NCBI GenBank assembly: GCA_973895155.1
Contig: OZ316892.1
Location: forward strand, 28,710,832 to 28,774,831
Source: Marsupella aquatica
Lineage: Eukaryota > Plantae > Marchantiophyta
Direction: 5' to 3'
Length of the DNA: 64,000 bases
This document shows positions 1 through 11,951 of the stretch, piece by piece (positions within the stretch are counted from its first letter, which is position 1; every line of letters starts with the position of its first letter). A program made the translations under genes and the position numbers. The notes beneath the pieces are model-generated. The model was not told the origin of the DNA and ran no database searches. It was given only the letters and a program-made list of their open reading frames with translations.

Positions 1-989
1 GTTATGGGTACAATGTGCTTTCCTCCCCTATGGTGGAAAGTGATATTAATGGTGTAACAACCATGTTATATGTATACAATGTGTATAAATGCTTGTAAAC
101 TCAACATGTGTATAGGTAGGTAATGTGTAAAGGCATAATATTCACATTTGTAAAATGAGAGTGTAAGCTTGTGATTTAGGTTTATGTTAAGGATTACACA
201 TATATCTTAAAGTGATTTAAAAGCTTTGAAAAAGATGCTTTAAGTGATCTGATTCTTTTGTAAGTAAAAATGCTCTTTATAATGAGTTGCAAGTATGGGG
301 GTTTTGCACTTATCAAGTTTCTCGAAAAGCCTGGTCCAAATTTTGCCGTTTTGGGCTTGTGCATCGATTCTCCCCCTTGTGCATGCCTTCGCGGCTGCAT
401 CGGTGATCACTGTGTTGTCTTCTCATGAGGTTTCCATCCCTCAAATTTCCTTCAGTCCTTTTCACCCTCTGGTTGTTGAGCCCTAATTCAACGTTCGTTC
501 TCTATAGGGTGTGGTGCCTTTTCAGATCTCACCTTGATTGAAATTTTGTTGATTGTGCTCTGCCTCTATTCAATCAGGTCTCTTTGATTGGATTGAGTGA
601 CTCCAACCCAAGCTTTATCCTTGTTTCTCTATGGACTTTGCGCCTCGCTTTGCGTTGCAGTGTTTCTTCTCCTCCTTCCATAAATCATGCTGCGTACTTT
701 CAATCTTGCATTTCAGAATCAATTCCTCTAAAGCTTTAATGATCCCACAAGGGTCAATCCAGGGGTTTGACTCTTTGTCTGATCAGCTTCTCCTTCTGAT
801 TTTGTTTCTTCTAATTTCTTGGGAGTTAGTTTCTCAGAGAGGATCTCCATCAATTTCCAACACCAGGTTGACATAGACTCTCAAATGAAGGTTTCCTTGA
901 AGGGATTTTGTCTTGGGATTCCCTCAAGTGTCTAATTTTTGTCACTTGTCGAATCCCTAAAAAAAGTTCAAGTGCTCAGCTTTCGAGAG

Positions 990-1190
990 TCGTGCTGATA
1001 ACGTGTTAAGAGAGAATGAATCAGACACTGATTAGGGGTCACGATTCTGCTTTATATATATGTGTGTACATGTATGGTTAAGGTATAACCATGGTATAGT
1101 GACTCTAGTCTAGGGCTAGATGACTCATAACATTTATTTCATATTCCTAATTTTACATGTATTTCCTTTTAGATAAATAGGCTTTTAACA
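990..1190 (-). mobile_element. Putative copia-type LTR (1004-1190) with adjacent primer-binding site (990-1003)
   Basis: Segment bounded by tgttaa...ttaaca. On the minus strand it is followed by cgttatcagcacga, which resembles the internal (half-tRNA-Met) PBS of Bianca-like copia elements. No clear gag ORF to the left. Confidence 0.45.
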
Positions 1191-1682
1191 TGTAATGATT
1201 GAGTACCTCTATTAAATATACTTGTGTACCAAAATGTCTTGGTGTACTTAACTTTTACCCCTTCTGTCTCCCCTTATAATTATTATTGTCCCTCATAATT
1301 ATTATCACCTACGTACCCTAAGGTACTATTTGCTTTGGTGGACACTTAGTTTTAGCTGATCAAAGGCTAGAATTAAACCTAAGATAAATCCAATGGTCAG
1401 GCTTTGTTCCCACCAAATTTGAGTTTTGAGTTTGTAAAGGGACGACTAACTACTTTTGGCGGGCTCTTTATTATAGTTGTAGATTAGCCCCAAGTGAAAC
1501 CATGGAATGGAACCCCTAGTTTTTTTTCGCTTGTATGTGTATAAGGTTATGAGGCTTTAGCACAGGGTGAAACTTTAGCCCGGGTGAAGCCAGGGAACCC
1601 TAGGCAAGGCCAAGGATCATGAAATTTTAATGAGAAATAGATTAAAATGCAAGTGGCACACTACTTTTCTGACTTTACACGG

Positions 1683-2103
1683 CTCTGCAACTCATCCCCA
1701 TTGGCGGATAATCGAATACTTTGAAAGTTATACTTTCTAAAAATTCACCGAGGCTTACGCTGCTCTGTCACTCATCCCCATTTGGGAATAATGGAATACT
1801 TTGTAAAAATTCACGCAGGCGCTTTACTCTCTGTAACTCATCCCCACTTGGGGATAACGGCTGTAAGCTTTACACTGTAACATCCCCACTTGGGGATAAT
1901 GGCTGTAAGCTTTACTCTCTGTACTCATCCCCACTTGGGGATAATGGCTGTAAGCTTTACTTCTCTGTAACTCATCCCCAAGTCGCTGTTCTGTCACTCA
2001 TCTCCATTTGGGGATAATGGAATACTTAGTAAAAATTCACGCAGGCGCTTTACTCTCTGTAACATGGTTGTAAGCTTTACTATCTGTAACTCATCCTCAC
2101 TTG
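1683..2103. repeat. Degenerate ~40-bp tandem repeat with palindromic core tccccacttgggga
   Basis: Repeated ctcatccccacttgggg(g)ataatggctgtaagctttactctctgtaa units read directly. Confidence 0.85.
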
Positions 2104-2155
2104 CGGACTAAACCCTTCCTAAGTTTCAGCTCACGACACAAACAATCGTTCATAA

Positions 2156-2672
2156 ACGGCATTGTCTGTTGTGACGTTGCTTGCCCGCGTTGTTTGACAA
2201 ATGACAGTGGCAAGACTTTCCTCACATGTCTCGATTACAAGGGGAGCGAGGGAAACCAGGTGCTTACCATGCAGATTAGGATGAGGTAAGTGGCACAGCA
2301 TCCACCAGATAGGGAAGGGCATCAATTCATGGACGAGCGCTGAGCCCAATCTTTGAAGAGAAAAAATCACAGTATGTGGCTGCAATGCTCGTCGAAATCC
2401 CCAGTTTTCACTATTGAATGGTGCATACACGGCATTGCCTGTTCTGACGTTGCTTGACAAATGACAGTGGCAAGTCTTTTTTCACATGTCTCTATTACAA
2501 TGTGAGCGAGGGAACCAGGAGATTACCATACATATTAGGTAAGTGGCACAGCATCCACCAGATAAGGGTATCAATTCACGGACGAGTGCTGAGCCCAATC
2601 TTTGAGCTGGAATAATCTTAGTATGTGGCCACAATGCACGTCGAAATCCCCAGTTTCACAATTGAATGGCAT
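2156..2672. repeat. ~270-bp direct duplication
   Basis: acggcattg...tgacaaatgacagtggcaag...gaaatccccagttt occurs at ~2156 and again at ~2429. Confidence 0.8.
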
Positions 2673-2909
2673 CAGTGTGCAGTCTCAGCACATCCTGACA
2701 TTGCCCAAGTTGGAGGTGAGCGGAAGTCATGTTGCTATGCAGGGTAGCCAGCACATCAACCCCAGCGACATACAAGCGGCTGCAAGAACGTTATTCAGAA
2801 AGAGCGACCAATGAATTCAATAAGGGACATTGTTGACTGACAAGCATCCATTCCTCTACATATATATTGTCGACAATCATTGATCCTCCCAAACTCGACC
2901 TAGGAATAC

Positions 2910-3141
2910 GACGAAGCAAGGAGAAGCAAGGAGAAGCAAGGAGAAGCAAATCTCGATCGATCCGACCGTTTCGATCACAGGGCTCAGGTTATCCCTGACT
3001 GCATGACTAAGGTAGTTTGCTAGTGCTGGGGGACCGATCGACGAAGCAAGGCGAAGCAAGGTGAAGCAAGGATCGATCGATCCCACCGTTTCACAGGGCT
3101 CAGGTTATCGCTGACTGCATGACTAAGGTAGTTTGCAAGTG
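2910..3141. repeat. ~130-bp direct duplication with gaagcaag micro-repeats
   Basis: Two copies of cgaagcaag...gatcgatcc...acagggctcaggttatc.ctgactgcatgactaaggtagtttgc. Confidence 0.8.
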
Positions 3142-3660
3142 CCTGGAACGTTCATATGAGCAAAACCAATCGATTCTTCAAGAAGATGACTTGGCCTAGA
3201 TGACATGAACGGACAGTCTCTTGTCCGTCAACGACGCAATCAAGTTCCCAGCACACCGGACACAGAATATCAGTAAGGAACATCCACTGCGGACAGGCTT
3301 TGTTTGCTCACCCTTGCACGGGAGCAAACTACATGTCCTAGGGAGTTCACAGAATTTCTTGTTGCACGCTGAAAGATGCCTTCGAGTGCAAAACCAACCT
3401 CTAGAGCTGAATACGCACGCACTGTAAACTACTGTGCACACGTTTCCCGCTTCCTATCAGTTCTATCGAGTTCAGGATGGAGCAATTGACGAACGTCACG
3501 TGAATCACAACAGAACCAACATTGCGAACAGAACTGTGAACGTTGCAGAGTCCCGATCTCCCACAAATTGCCAGGAAAGATTATAGAATGGAAAGGTTAC
3601 CATAGGTATAAGCAAACTCGATGGCAACTCATCATTTTCCCAGACTTTTTTTTTCTCGCC

Positions 3661-4590
3661 TTATTCTCTAGGTCTCTTCTTCTTCGTCAATCGTTTGCAA
3701 TGTTGGCATTTGCTAGCCTGCGGTATTGGCCACTGCCCCCATCCCCATTGATGTGCAGTCTTGCCCTTTCGAACATTCAAGGTGTCAACCCCTTTGAAAT
3801 ATGGTTCTAGGTCATGGTATGTAAAACCCGGATCCCCTGACTTCCAGTATACATGTCGAATGGACACGTCGTCTTCCCCTTCTTCTTCGAATTCTTTATT
3901 CAGCTCTTTCACAATCGGAAACATCTCCTTCATCTTCGCCTGCGTCTTGGGGTCACTCCCATCCAAGGCACCTCCATTATGAAGTAGAATCTCAACATAG
4001 TTACCGTACATAAAGTGGCGAAGCTGCATAAGATCACCCAGATTCTCGGTCAGCTCCCCCTTGTCGATGTTGTACTTCATATATCGAGAGTGTTCCAGAT
4101 CGATTGAAACCGAAATGCTTAGAACCAGATATGCGATATTAGTTGGTGTTGCGGCGAAGGGATCAAACAAAAACTCACCGAGCAAATGTAAGGGGACCTC
4201 AAACTTGTTCATCCCGTAATACACCTTTCGCGCTCCTCTCACAATCTTTTGACCAGCAGCATCGTCGCCCATGTACGATACCTGCCTCAGTACGTTCCCT
4301 ACAGCAAGCTTAGGATTCAAGTAATGATAGGACTTGCTGTAATTGTGAACTTGAACAGTTTCGTTTCTTAACACGAGATGCTGCTTATAAACCTCGACAC
4401 GTTCCTCCCGTGACAGCTGTACAAATTGGGCTGGGGTCAAGCCCTTGAGCATCTGTCGAACGTCAATATTTTCCTCGGCTTGATCTGCTTCGAGTTGTCC
4501 CAGCAGTACAAGACCAAAAGTTGCTTGGCAGGCTTCCAACCCTTTCAGCGGAGCTTCTCTATTGGAATTCATGGCTGACATCGCTTTCAC
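3661..4590 (-). CDS. Hypothetical protein (~306-309 aa); an upstream exon is possible
   Basis: Uninterrupted 930-bp ORF with globular composition and first ATG at 4581. A diverged partial copy lies near 7050-7250. Confidence 0.55.
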   Translation of the reverse strand: MKAMSAMNSNREAPLKGLEACQATFGLVLLGQLEADQAEENIDVRQMLKGLTPAQFVQLSREERVEVYKQHLVLRNETVQVHNYSKSYHYLNPKLAVGNVLRQVSYMGDDAAGQKIVRGARKVYYGMNKFEVPLHLLGEFLFDPFAATPTNIAYLVLSISVSIDLEHSRYMKYNIDKGELTENLGDLMQLRHFMYGNYVEILLHNGGALDGSDPKTQAKMKEMFPIVKELNKEFEEEGEDDVSIRHVYWKSGDPGFTYHDLEPYFKGVDTLNVRKGKTAHQWGWGQWPIPQASKCQHCKRLTKKKRPRE

Positions 4591-4907
4591 AGTGCCTGAA
4601 CTGCTTGGATTGCAAGCTCCCTAGCTCTAGCTAAGGTGAGGAGAGCTTGGATGGAATGAATACGACAAGTCTACAAGAAGCACCGAAGGCAGCGAAATTT
4701 CAGAACCTACGCTCCCCAGTAAGGGTGAAAGCATTGTGACAAGTCCGATAATGCTCTTCCTTTCGGCTACGTAGATTAACAAGTGCACCGACGCAGGAAT
4801 CACAGAACCTGCGCACCAGTAAGGTTGAATGCATTCTGACAAGAAAAGGAATTTCTTTTCGGCTGCGTAGCCGATTCAATAAAGGCACCCACGATTGAAT
4901 GAATTAC

Positions 4908-5586
4908 CCCGGTTTGACCTTGCCCGTCAAACTGGCCAAAAATCGTCGGCAAATCGGCAACCCGGCACCCGGGTTCGGGAGCAGTCCGGGCCGGGACAAG
5001 TTCGGGAGACATTCGGGCCGAGTTCGGGCGAGGTTTGGGGGAGGTCGGGGGAGTTCGGGGGAGTTCAGGCGAGGGGGAGTTCGGGTTCGGGGGAGTCTGG
5101 GCCGGGTTCGGGGGAGTTTGGGCAAGGTTCGGGGGACCGGGAGTTCAGGGTAGGTCGGGGGAGTTCGGGGGAGGGTCGGGGGTGTTTCGGGGGAGTTTCA
5201 GGGGAGTTCGGGGGAGGGTCGGGGGAGTTTCGGGGGAGTTCGGGGGAGGGTCGGGGGAGTTCGGGGGAGTTCGGGAAGGGTCCGGGTTCGGGTCCGGGGG
5301 AGTCCGGGACTCTAAACCCCGCCCTCCTTCCCCCAGCCCTGACCCCAGACCCGGCCCCGGCTGGCTGCCACCCCGAACCGGGGTCCGGGGGAGTCCGGGT
5401 TCGGGTCTGGGGGAGTCCGGGAAGGGTCTGGGTGAGTTCGGGAGGAGTCCGGGAAGGGTCCGGGGGAGTCCGGGTGAGTTCGGGAGAATATTGTGGAATA
5501 TCCGTCAAATTGGTCATTTTCGAGCCGTCATTTGACAGTTTGACGTGCCCGGCAAGCCGTCAACTTGCCCGTCAAGTTAAACCGGG
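4908..5586. mobile_element. Non-autonomous DNA transposon (MITE, hAT-like 8-bp TSD) with G-rich interior
   Basis: Perfect 8-bp flanking duplication tgaattac (4900-4907, 5587-5594). TIR cccggtttgac / gttaaaccggg (10 of 11 match). Interior made of gggggagttc-like repeats. Confidence 0.8.
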
Positions 5587-7049
5587 TGAATTACAGAACA
5601 AACCGTCGATACGCAACAAATTGCTGTAGAGAGTATTTTCTACCCCTTCAAAGTATTTGGCAGTATTAATTACCTCGGGATCCGTTTCAGAAACAGATTC
5701 TCAACTGCGCTTTTACACTAGTGCTGGCGACACCGCGCAGGAGTAAATGAATAAATACTTTTATCAGTGCGCTCAGTGATACATATCATAGTCTTTCACT
5801 CTGAGCAGATGAGATGCAGAAATACTAACCAGTATGTATTTTTGAGTGATGAGTATGAGTAGTTTTGTGAGCATTCAATGATGAGTATTCTTGTACCTGC
5901 GGGTGTTATGGACCGAAGCCCGAAGGAATCCATAACACCTTACAGGAAATCCCCTTACAATTAAATCGCGCCGCGGTGTCATTAAGCACTACGGGTTCGT
6001 AAGATTTGGCAGTACTGCCCTCGGGATCCATTTTAGATCAAGGAGCTGCTCCACTTATTACTGCCCCGAACCAGGACAGGGAGTACCGGCCTCAACGCCG
6101 CGACGGCGCGACTATCACAACTCGAGGCAGTCTCCAGACCACTCTTAAATAGTTTAATCGGCCATCGTTGTCAGCTTGCAACCATTCCCAATCAAAATTC
6201 AATAAAGTACGAGCTCCTTCACTTGCAGGACCTATTCGATCAACAGCAAAGTTCATTCTAGTTTGCCTGTCTAGAAACAATAATAGCTAGTGGTCTCGCT
6301 CCGACATCAAAATCGAAGCTCCTCTCACAGACCACTCCAACTTGGTGTGCTTTTGGGGTGAAGAACTGTCCGTCCCATGATGCTTGCTGCTCAATCCCGT
6401 GTCATCCCGCCCAGTCTTTCTTGGTAAACCCTTCGTTCAGAATCGATTCTTGGAGAGTCGCTCAATACAGAGTCTAGTGCTCCACTCTTCTGCTCGGATC
6501 GATCAATCAACACATCGTGCCAGCCCGCGTGCAAGATAGACTCAATGAAAAGTTCCTTTCAAACAATTACTATCTGACTCCCATATATAAATTCACAGTG
6601 TTCTTCATAAGCCATTTCTTCAAGACGAGTTTCGGTCTAGGAAATTTAGAGGAGTCCTGTAGATCAATCAAGCAGGTTTATTATGGTGATGATATATAGT
6701 TGGAGCAATGAAAAGTTCCATACGATGAGATAGCTATTTCCCATATATTCAAAGTTGTTCTTCATGTGCCATTATTCATAACAAAAGTTTCGGTCGACAT
6801 TGAGAGTACTGTAGATCGATCGAGCAGGTTAGTAATCGTGATGACTAGTTGATAATAATCACGCGTGCATGGTGATGGAAGAGGAGAGGGGTTGGGTTTC
6901 ACCTGCGGCTGCGACGGAAGTCTTGCTCCCCCGAAAGGATAGGATACAAGTAAGGGAGGGGACACTTTCCAAAGGCATTGAAGTCAGCCCCTGCTAGAGT
7001 TTCCGCCAGATTTTGTAACAAAATTGAGATTTCTGCACAAAGCTGCAAT

Positions 7050-7250
7050 CACTACATGTCCTGATAGAGTTTACAGACGTTCTTGTTTCGCGATGAAAGA
7101 CGCCTTCGAGTGCAAAATCACCCTCTTATGCTGAATGCGCACGTACTGTAAACTATCGTGCACAAATTAGAATCTCAATATAGTCAGCGTCCTTCAACTT
7201 GAGAAGCAGCCTAAGCTGCCTAAGATCACGCACAGTCTCGGTCCCCTGCT
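7050..7250 (-). pseudogene. Diverged, internally deleted remnant of the 3661-4590 locus
   Basis: 7050-7165 aligns by eye to 3328-3440 (actacatgtcc...cttcgagtgcaaaa...tactgtaaact...gtgcaca). 7168-7243 aligns to 3985-4052 (tagaatctcaa.atagt...aagctgc.taagatcac). Confidence 0.65.
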
Positions 7251-8789
7251 GTTCTCCCCTGTCCATGCTCTGGTCACTGCTATGTCCATGCTCCGGTCAC
7301 TGCTGTCTTCAAACCAGTCCATGCTGCTGTAATTGCTATCTTCAACCTCGTCGAGTAGGCTGATCTTGGCTTGAAATGATCTAGTCTGGTATCACAAAAA
7401 TTCATTCAAAGTTGAGAGAAACTGCTCCACTCCCACATGACAATCCGTTACTTCTCGACTGGGTTTACACTCCCAAATCATTTAGCTTCCCTCTTCAATT
7501 TATGAATGCCCGCTCATTGCCACACGGAGGCACAGAGGTATGCTCATTATGAACACAAACAGAATCCAACTTCAGCCGCAGGTGAAGTATTCACATTGCA
7601 ATCACATATTTGACAATCCATACCGTCGAATCTCGTGGAGGAATTTACGAGCATCCGTTTTCATGAACTGCGAAATCACGAAAACAAGGAGAAACCAGGC
7701 AACAATCACATGCGATCAGACGGGACCCTCTGACAATTCAGTCGCTATGGTTTATAAGACGCTAGGTCAATTCACAAAGAATACAAATCTCAGCTACAAT
7801 ATGTGAGTGGAATGATCGGACCATTCACCCCTTCTTTAAATGTGTCCTTAACACTGCAAGAGACCTACGTAAGAATACCAAGTTGTTGTCCCATTCGCGT
7901 GAATGATCTGGTAGCACTAATCATCCGATCTATGTGTTATAGGAATTGCAAAACGGCTTCACATAAATACATAAAAGTTCCCATCCGTCCAAGAGAAACG
8001 AAACGGACGATTATATGGTCAATTTTCCAAGTCTATTCTCCACGATCATAGTTAACCTCGGGGCAAGATCCAAGTATAAAAACTTTGATTCTCGAAGAGC
8101 ACTGCTTGACAGTACATGATTGAATCCCCTCCATGAGAGAAGAGATAATCAAACCCCATCTCAAACTCACTTTGATGTCTACTTGTGTGGAGTATGAGGA
8201 ACACCCCGTATGATCAATAGTGAGGAGACTCGATATTTCCCAAGTGAGCAAGTTCTCCAGGTGCTAACAGACGTACGAAGCTGCCCCAGAGAGCAATCCA
8301 CCTTGACGCAATAGATAGCCTGTTCGAGTTACCCAACCTGATCGTCAGCGCTCTCAAGGTGGGCATCAGTAATCAGGCACCTTTTGAGGCAGTGGACGAT
8401 TATCAAATTAAGGCCCACACAGAAATTAGATCTTGTTTTGTACCTTAAACAAAACACCACTTGGCAAAGCATGAAGCCAGCAGTGGGGAAAAGGGCGCTG
8501 CAACTGATTGGTCACACTGAGATCAAATCAAGGAATCAGAGAACTGGAAAAAGAAGTGACTAGGGAACAGGAGTCCATCCCGCCTATCTAAACTAAACAA
8601 ATGTGATGTTGATAGCAGGGCAAGTCCCAATCTAAACTGGGAGTCAGCTGATGGAAAAAAAGAAGCATCAAGTGACTCCTGATGGAAAAAAAGAAGCATC
8701 AAGTGACTCCTGACAGAACTGGTGGCAGCCCCTAAATGAGTGAGACTTACCTCTGAGTGAGACAATCCTGAGTAATCTAGGGTTTTCCG

Positions 8790-8973
8790 TGGAATGGTTT
8801 TTCTTTTATATAATTTTAACCGTGAAAGCCCCACGGAAAGGGGAAACAAGCAGCCCACAAAAGGAACACAGAGGGGAAACGCAACCAATACCCCTCCAGG
8901 GGCCAGAGACCCACAACCAAACACCCCCAAAACTCCAAGACTCACAGCCGGGCCACAGCGGCCGGGCCCTAAG
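8790..8973 (-). mobile_element. 5'-truncated non-LTR retroelement 3' end flanked by candidate TSD
   Basis: GT-rich UTR ending tatataaaagaaaaa on the minus strand, flanked by gagtaatctagg(g/a)tttt at ~8770 and ~8974. The tail resembles those of the CRE-like elements at 13.7 and 30.1 kb. Confidence 0.5.
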
Positions 8974-9277
8974 GAGTAATCTAGGATTTTGAAAGGCAAG
9001 GCACCAAACCTTCCAGCCCTTCACCGTTTTTTGCTTTAAAAACCAAAAGTAAACCCATCCAAGAGAGTATAGATGTTCTACTTTGGACTATGCTCCACTT
9101 TAGGGTAGCCCACAAGGGGGAAGGACACCCAGGGATTCAACACGGACCCAGATCAGGAGGGAAACAGGGTTGAACCAGGGCCACAAAGCGACCTAGCCAG
9201 GGGCTGAGGAGAAACCAGGACTCCCACCACTACACCCCACCCAAACATACACACACATACCCTCCACAGTCACCTCT

Positions 9278-9360
9278 TGCGTGTGGAAGGAGGATTGACC
9301 CTCGGACCTCTCGATTCTAGGCTCATGCCTTGGCCAACTGACCAAAGCCAGCTGGTTTCA
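9278..9360 (-). mobile_element. tRNA-derived SINE-like head
   Basis: Minus strand ggctttggtcagttggccaaggcatgagcctagaatcgagaggtccgagggtcaatcc has A-box- and B-box-like motifs at tRNA-like spacing but no intact cloverleaf. Confidence 0.45.
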
Positions 9361-10218
9361 CTGTCCCGGATTTTGATATATGAATAAGATAACATATTTC
9401 CCTGTAGAATGAAGGAAAGGAAGCGACAAAGAAGGACATGCAGGTGAGTGAGCAGGGCACACTTCCTGACTAGCAGATTATGTGAGGATTTGAGATGACC
9501 TGTTTGACAACAATTCAGGAGTTGTAATGGACACATTTTAAGACATGGCAGATGCAAGACAGACCTAAGATTGGTTCAGCTTGTCACAGCTAGAAAGACT
9601 CTAGCCAAAGAATACCATGATATTCAAGTGGACTGGATCCCCAATCTGTCTTTTAGCAAATTAATCTAGCACCACTAAACCTCACAAGTTGCCCCGACAT
9701 CTTGTGAAGTCAATGAAATGAATGCTTTTGGTTTGGTGAAAAAACCTCACAAGTGCCCCAACATCTTGTAAAGTCAATGGGGTGAAAGCATAGTACGGTA
9801 AAATTGCAGATAATTAATAGGGTTGCGGTCCACTGGAAAATTGTTTGAATCTGGGCTCAGCTCTTTGTCCTCTGGACGTGTGGTCTGCCTCTAAGATGGA
9901 ATCCGGATTTTGAAGTTGACCCATGTGTGAGATGCAATCCTAGCCATTCATATGTGAGAACAGGCCACACTTCACTTTATATGAAGTTGGGAGTACAATC
10001 AAGCAAAACCATTTTCAAATCTAGTCATTTGTCGGTGGGATCCTTCTTTGTTGATGCATGCATGCTTTTCTGTCAAAAACTTGAACCACCTCTTAAGGTG
10101 GTCTAAAATACTGGAGCAAACTGCAGCTTCTTTTCAGGGAATTGCATTTATTATTCCAGCCTGGCACTTTTTGGCTCAGGTATGTTAACTTTTGTGTGTA
10201 GAAGTGGTAATCAACTTT

Positions 10219-10455
10219 GAGGGATTTGCTTTTCTGATCAAACCCCAAAATGAAATGTGTTACTTGGGTAGGACCCCTGAGTGATCCAGACCGTTGATTG
10301 ACCTTGAATCAATGTACCCAAAACTTCAGGGGTTTATTTGGTAGAACCCCAGAGTGATCCAGACCACTAATTGACCTTGAATCAATGTACCCAAAACTTC
10401 AGGGGTCCTATCAAGTAACACAATTTGTTTTGGGGTCTGATCAAACAAATCACTC
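10219..10455. mobile_element. Mutator-like MITE (237 bp)
   Basis: 10-bp TSD aatcaacttt (10209-10218, 10456-10465). Imperfect TIRs of ~55-60 bp start gag(g/t)gatttg. Two internal direct repeats. Confidence 0.85.
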
Positions 10456-10603
10456 AATCAACTTTGCTTTAGATGGAGAGACACTGAAGTGCCCCCACCT
10501 TCTTGTAAAGCCCCCCTAAAGTGAAAATGAGACTTTGAAGTTGACTTACCGCACCATCAGCTATGCAGCTGGGTGACTGAGGTCAGCGTCAGAAGCTATA
10601 GTA

Positions 10604-10972
10604 GGGCGTCTCACATATAGGGAGAGTGAGTAAATTTCTGGTCCCGGGAGTATCAGCACCTGGGCCTGCGGACAGGACTGGTCAGGCGGTGCCCATCACA
10701 CCCAGGAATTTTAACCAAAACCCCTGCCCGACCACAATGAGAATACCAACAAAGAAAAGACCTAAAACCAGGAGTTATAGGCCATTGGCATTTGCACCCG
10801 CGACCCGACTCATAATTCACTATCCCAAAAAAATTTGGCCCACATCAACCCTGTCACGGTGCGTCCGGTGCGTCTCGGGCCACTCGTGTATGCAACTTTT
10901 TTTTCATATGTGCATCCGGTGCGTCTCGGGCCACCCATGTATGTAACTTTTTTTTTCATATGTGAAACGCCC
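10604..10972. mobile_element. MITE with gggcgt(c/t)tcacatat TIRs, TA-flanked
   Basis: ta|gggcgtctcacatat ... atatgtgaaacgccc|ta, a 15-bp TIR with one mismatch. Confidence 0.75.
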
Positions 10973-11052
10973 TAGTGCTGACTGGAGAGACTCTTCTTCT
11001 CAAACATAAATGAGTTTGGGTCAAGGATAGGCTATGTCCTGTCAGTGAGCCA

Positions 11053-11203
11053 AAAACCCACAACCCGAGTATGGCCCAGACTATAACCACCAACCAGTGT
11101 AGATGCTGCGAAGACGTCGGACCTCTCAGATTGTAACCCGAGTATGGCCCAGACTAAAACCACCAACCGGTGTAGATGCTGCGAAGACGTCGAACCTCTC
11201 AGA
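11053..11203. repeat. ~75-bp tandem duplication
   Basis: aacccgagtatggcccagacta...gaagacgtcg.acctctcaga occurs twice. Confidence 0.85.
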
Positions 11204-11951
11204 AGATGAGGTGATGGGTTGGTTGGTTGGTGGTTGTGATCCTCTTTGATATTGTATCTTGGCAAACGGTTTTGACGGTATTATTGTCTTGATCTCTGCT
11301 CAAAATTTCACCTGCTTTGCTCTTCCGTATACACCTTTTTGAGCCGAACGATCGGTCATTTGGAAACTGTCACATACACCTTTTTGAGCCGAACGATCGG
11401 TCATTGGGAAACTGTCACAGTCATCTGTATTTCGAGGCTCAATAGTGTTTGGACGTGCGTGTGAAGCTGCTTGCGCGTACTGAATCCATAAGAAGGTTTT
11501 CTTGGCTTCGGCGGCTGTTCGACCGAGAATGGTCCTCTGTGGTAGGAAAATGGGGTCATGGAGGTCCAGGAACAGGCTACTGGTCCTAGATTTACTTTTA
11601 ACACCGCGACTTATTAGGCAAATGCAACGATGCTGCATCTGCTCTGCACCCGGTGGCTTCTAGACCAAGAATGGTCCATTATCGTATGAAACATTGGGTC
11701 ATGGAGGTCAAGGAACAGACTACATCTACTTTAATTAACAACGCGACTTATCAAGCAAATGCAAGGATGCTGCAGCTGCTGGGCCCCCAGTGGACAAACT
11801 ACTCTGGCCGGTCCCCACCAGGATTGTGGTCAAAATTTGTATAAGATGGCTGTAATTTGCCCTGATCCATCTCTAACACAAATGCCAACACAGCTCAATA
11901 GTAGAAGTCTCGGTCAACTTCACTCCCGTATTGTTCAGTTGGGTTCCCACC

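Noticed and set aside
1683-2103. Palindromic short repeats resembling a CRISPR array
   Set aside because: Sequence between the palindromes is itself repeated (no unique spacers), there are no cas genes, and the context is eukaryotic.
4895-5629. Gly/Pro-rich ORFs in several frames
   Set aside because: Artefacts of the G-rich MITE interior, which lacks stop codons.
7500-8420. Possible F-box/LRR pseudogene on minus strand
   Set aside because: Only scattered Leu-rich fragments with many stops; not supportable without BLASTx.
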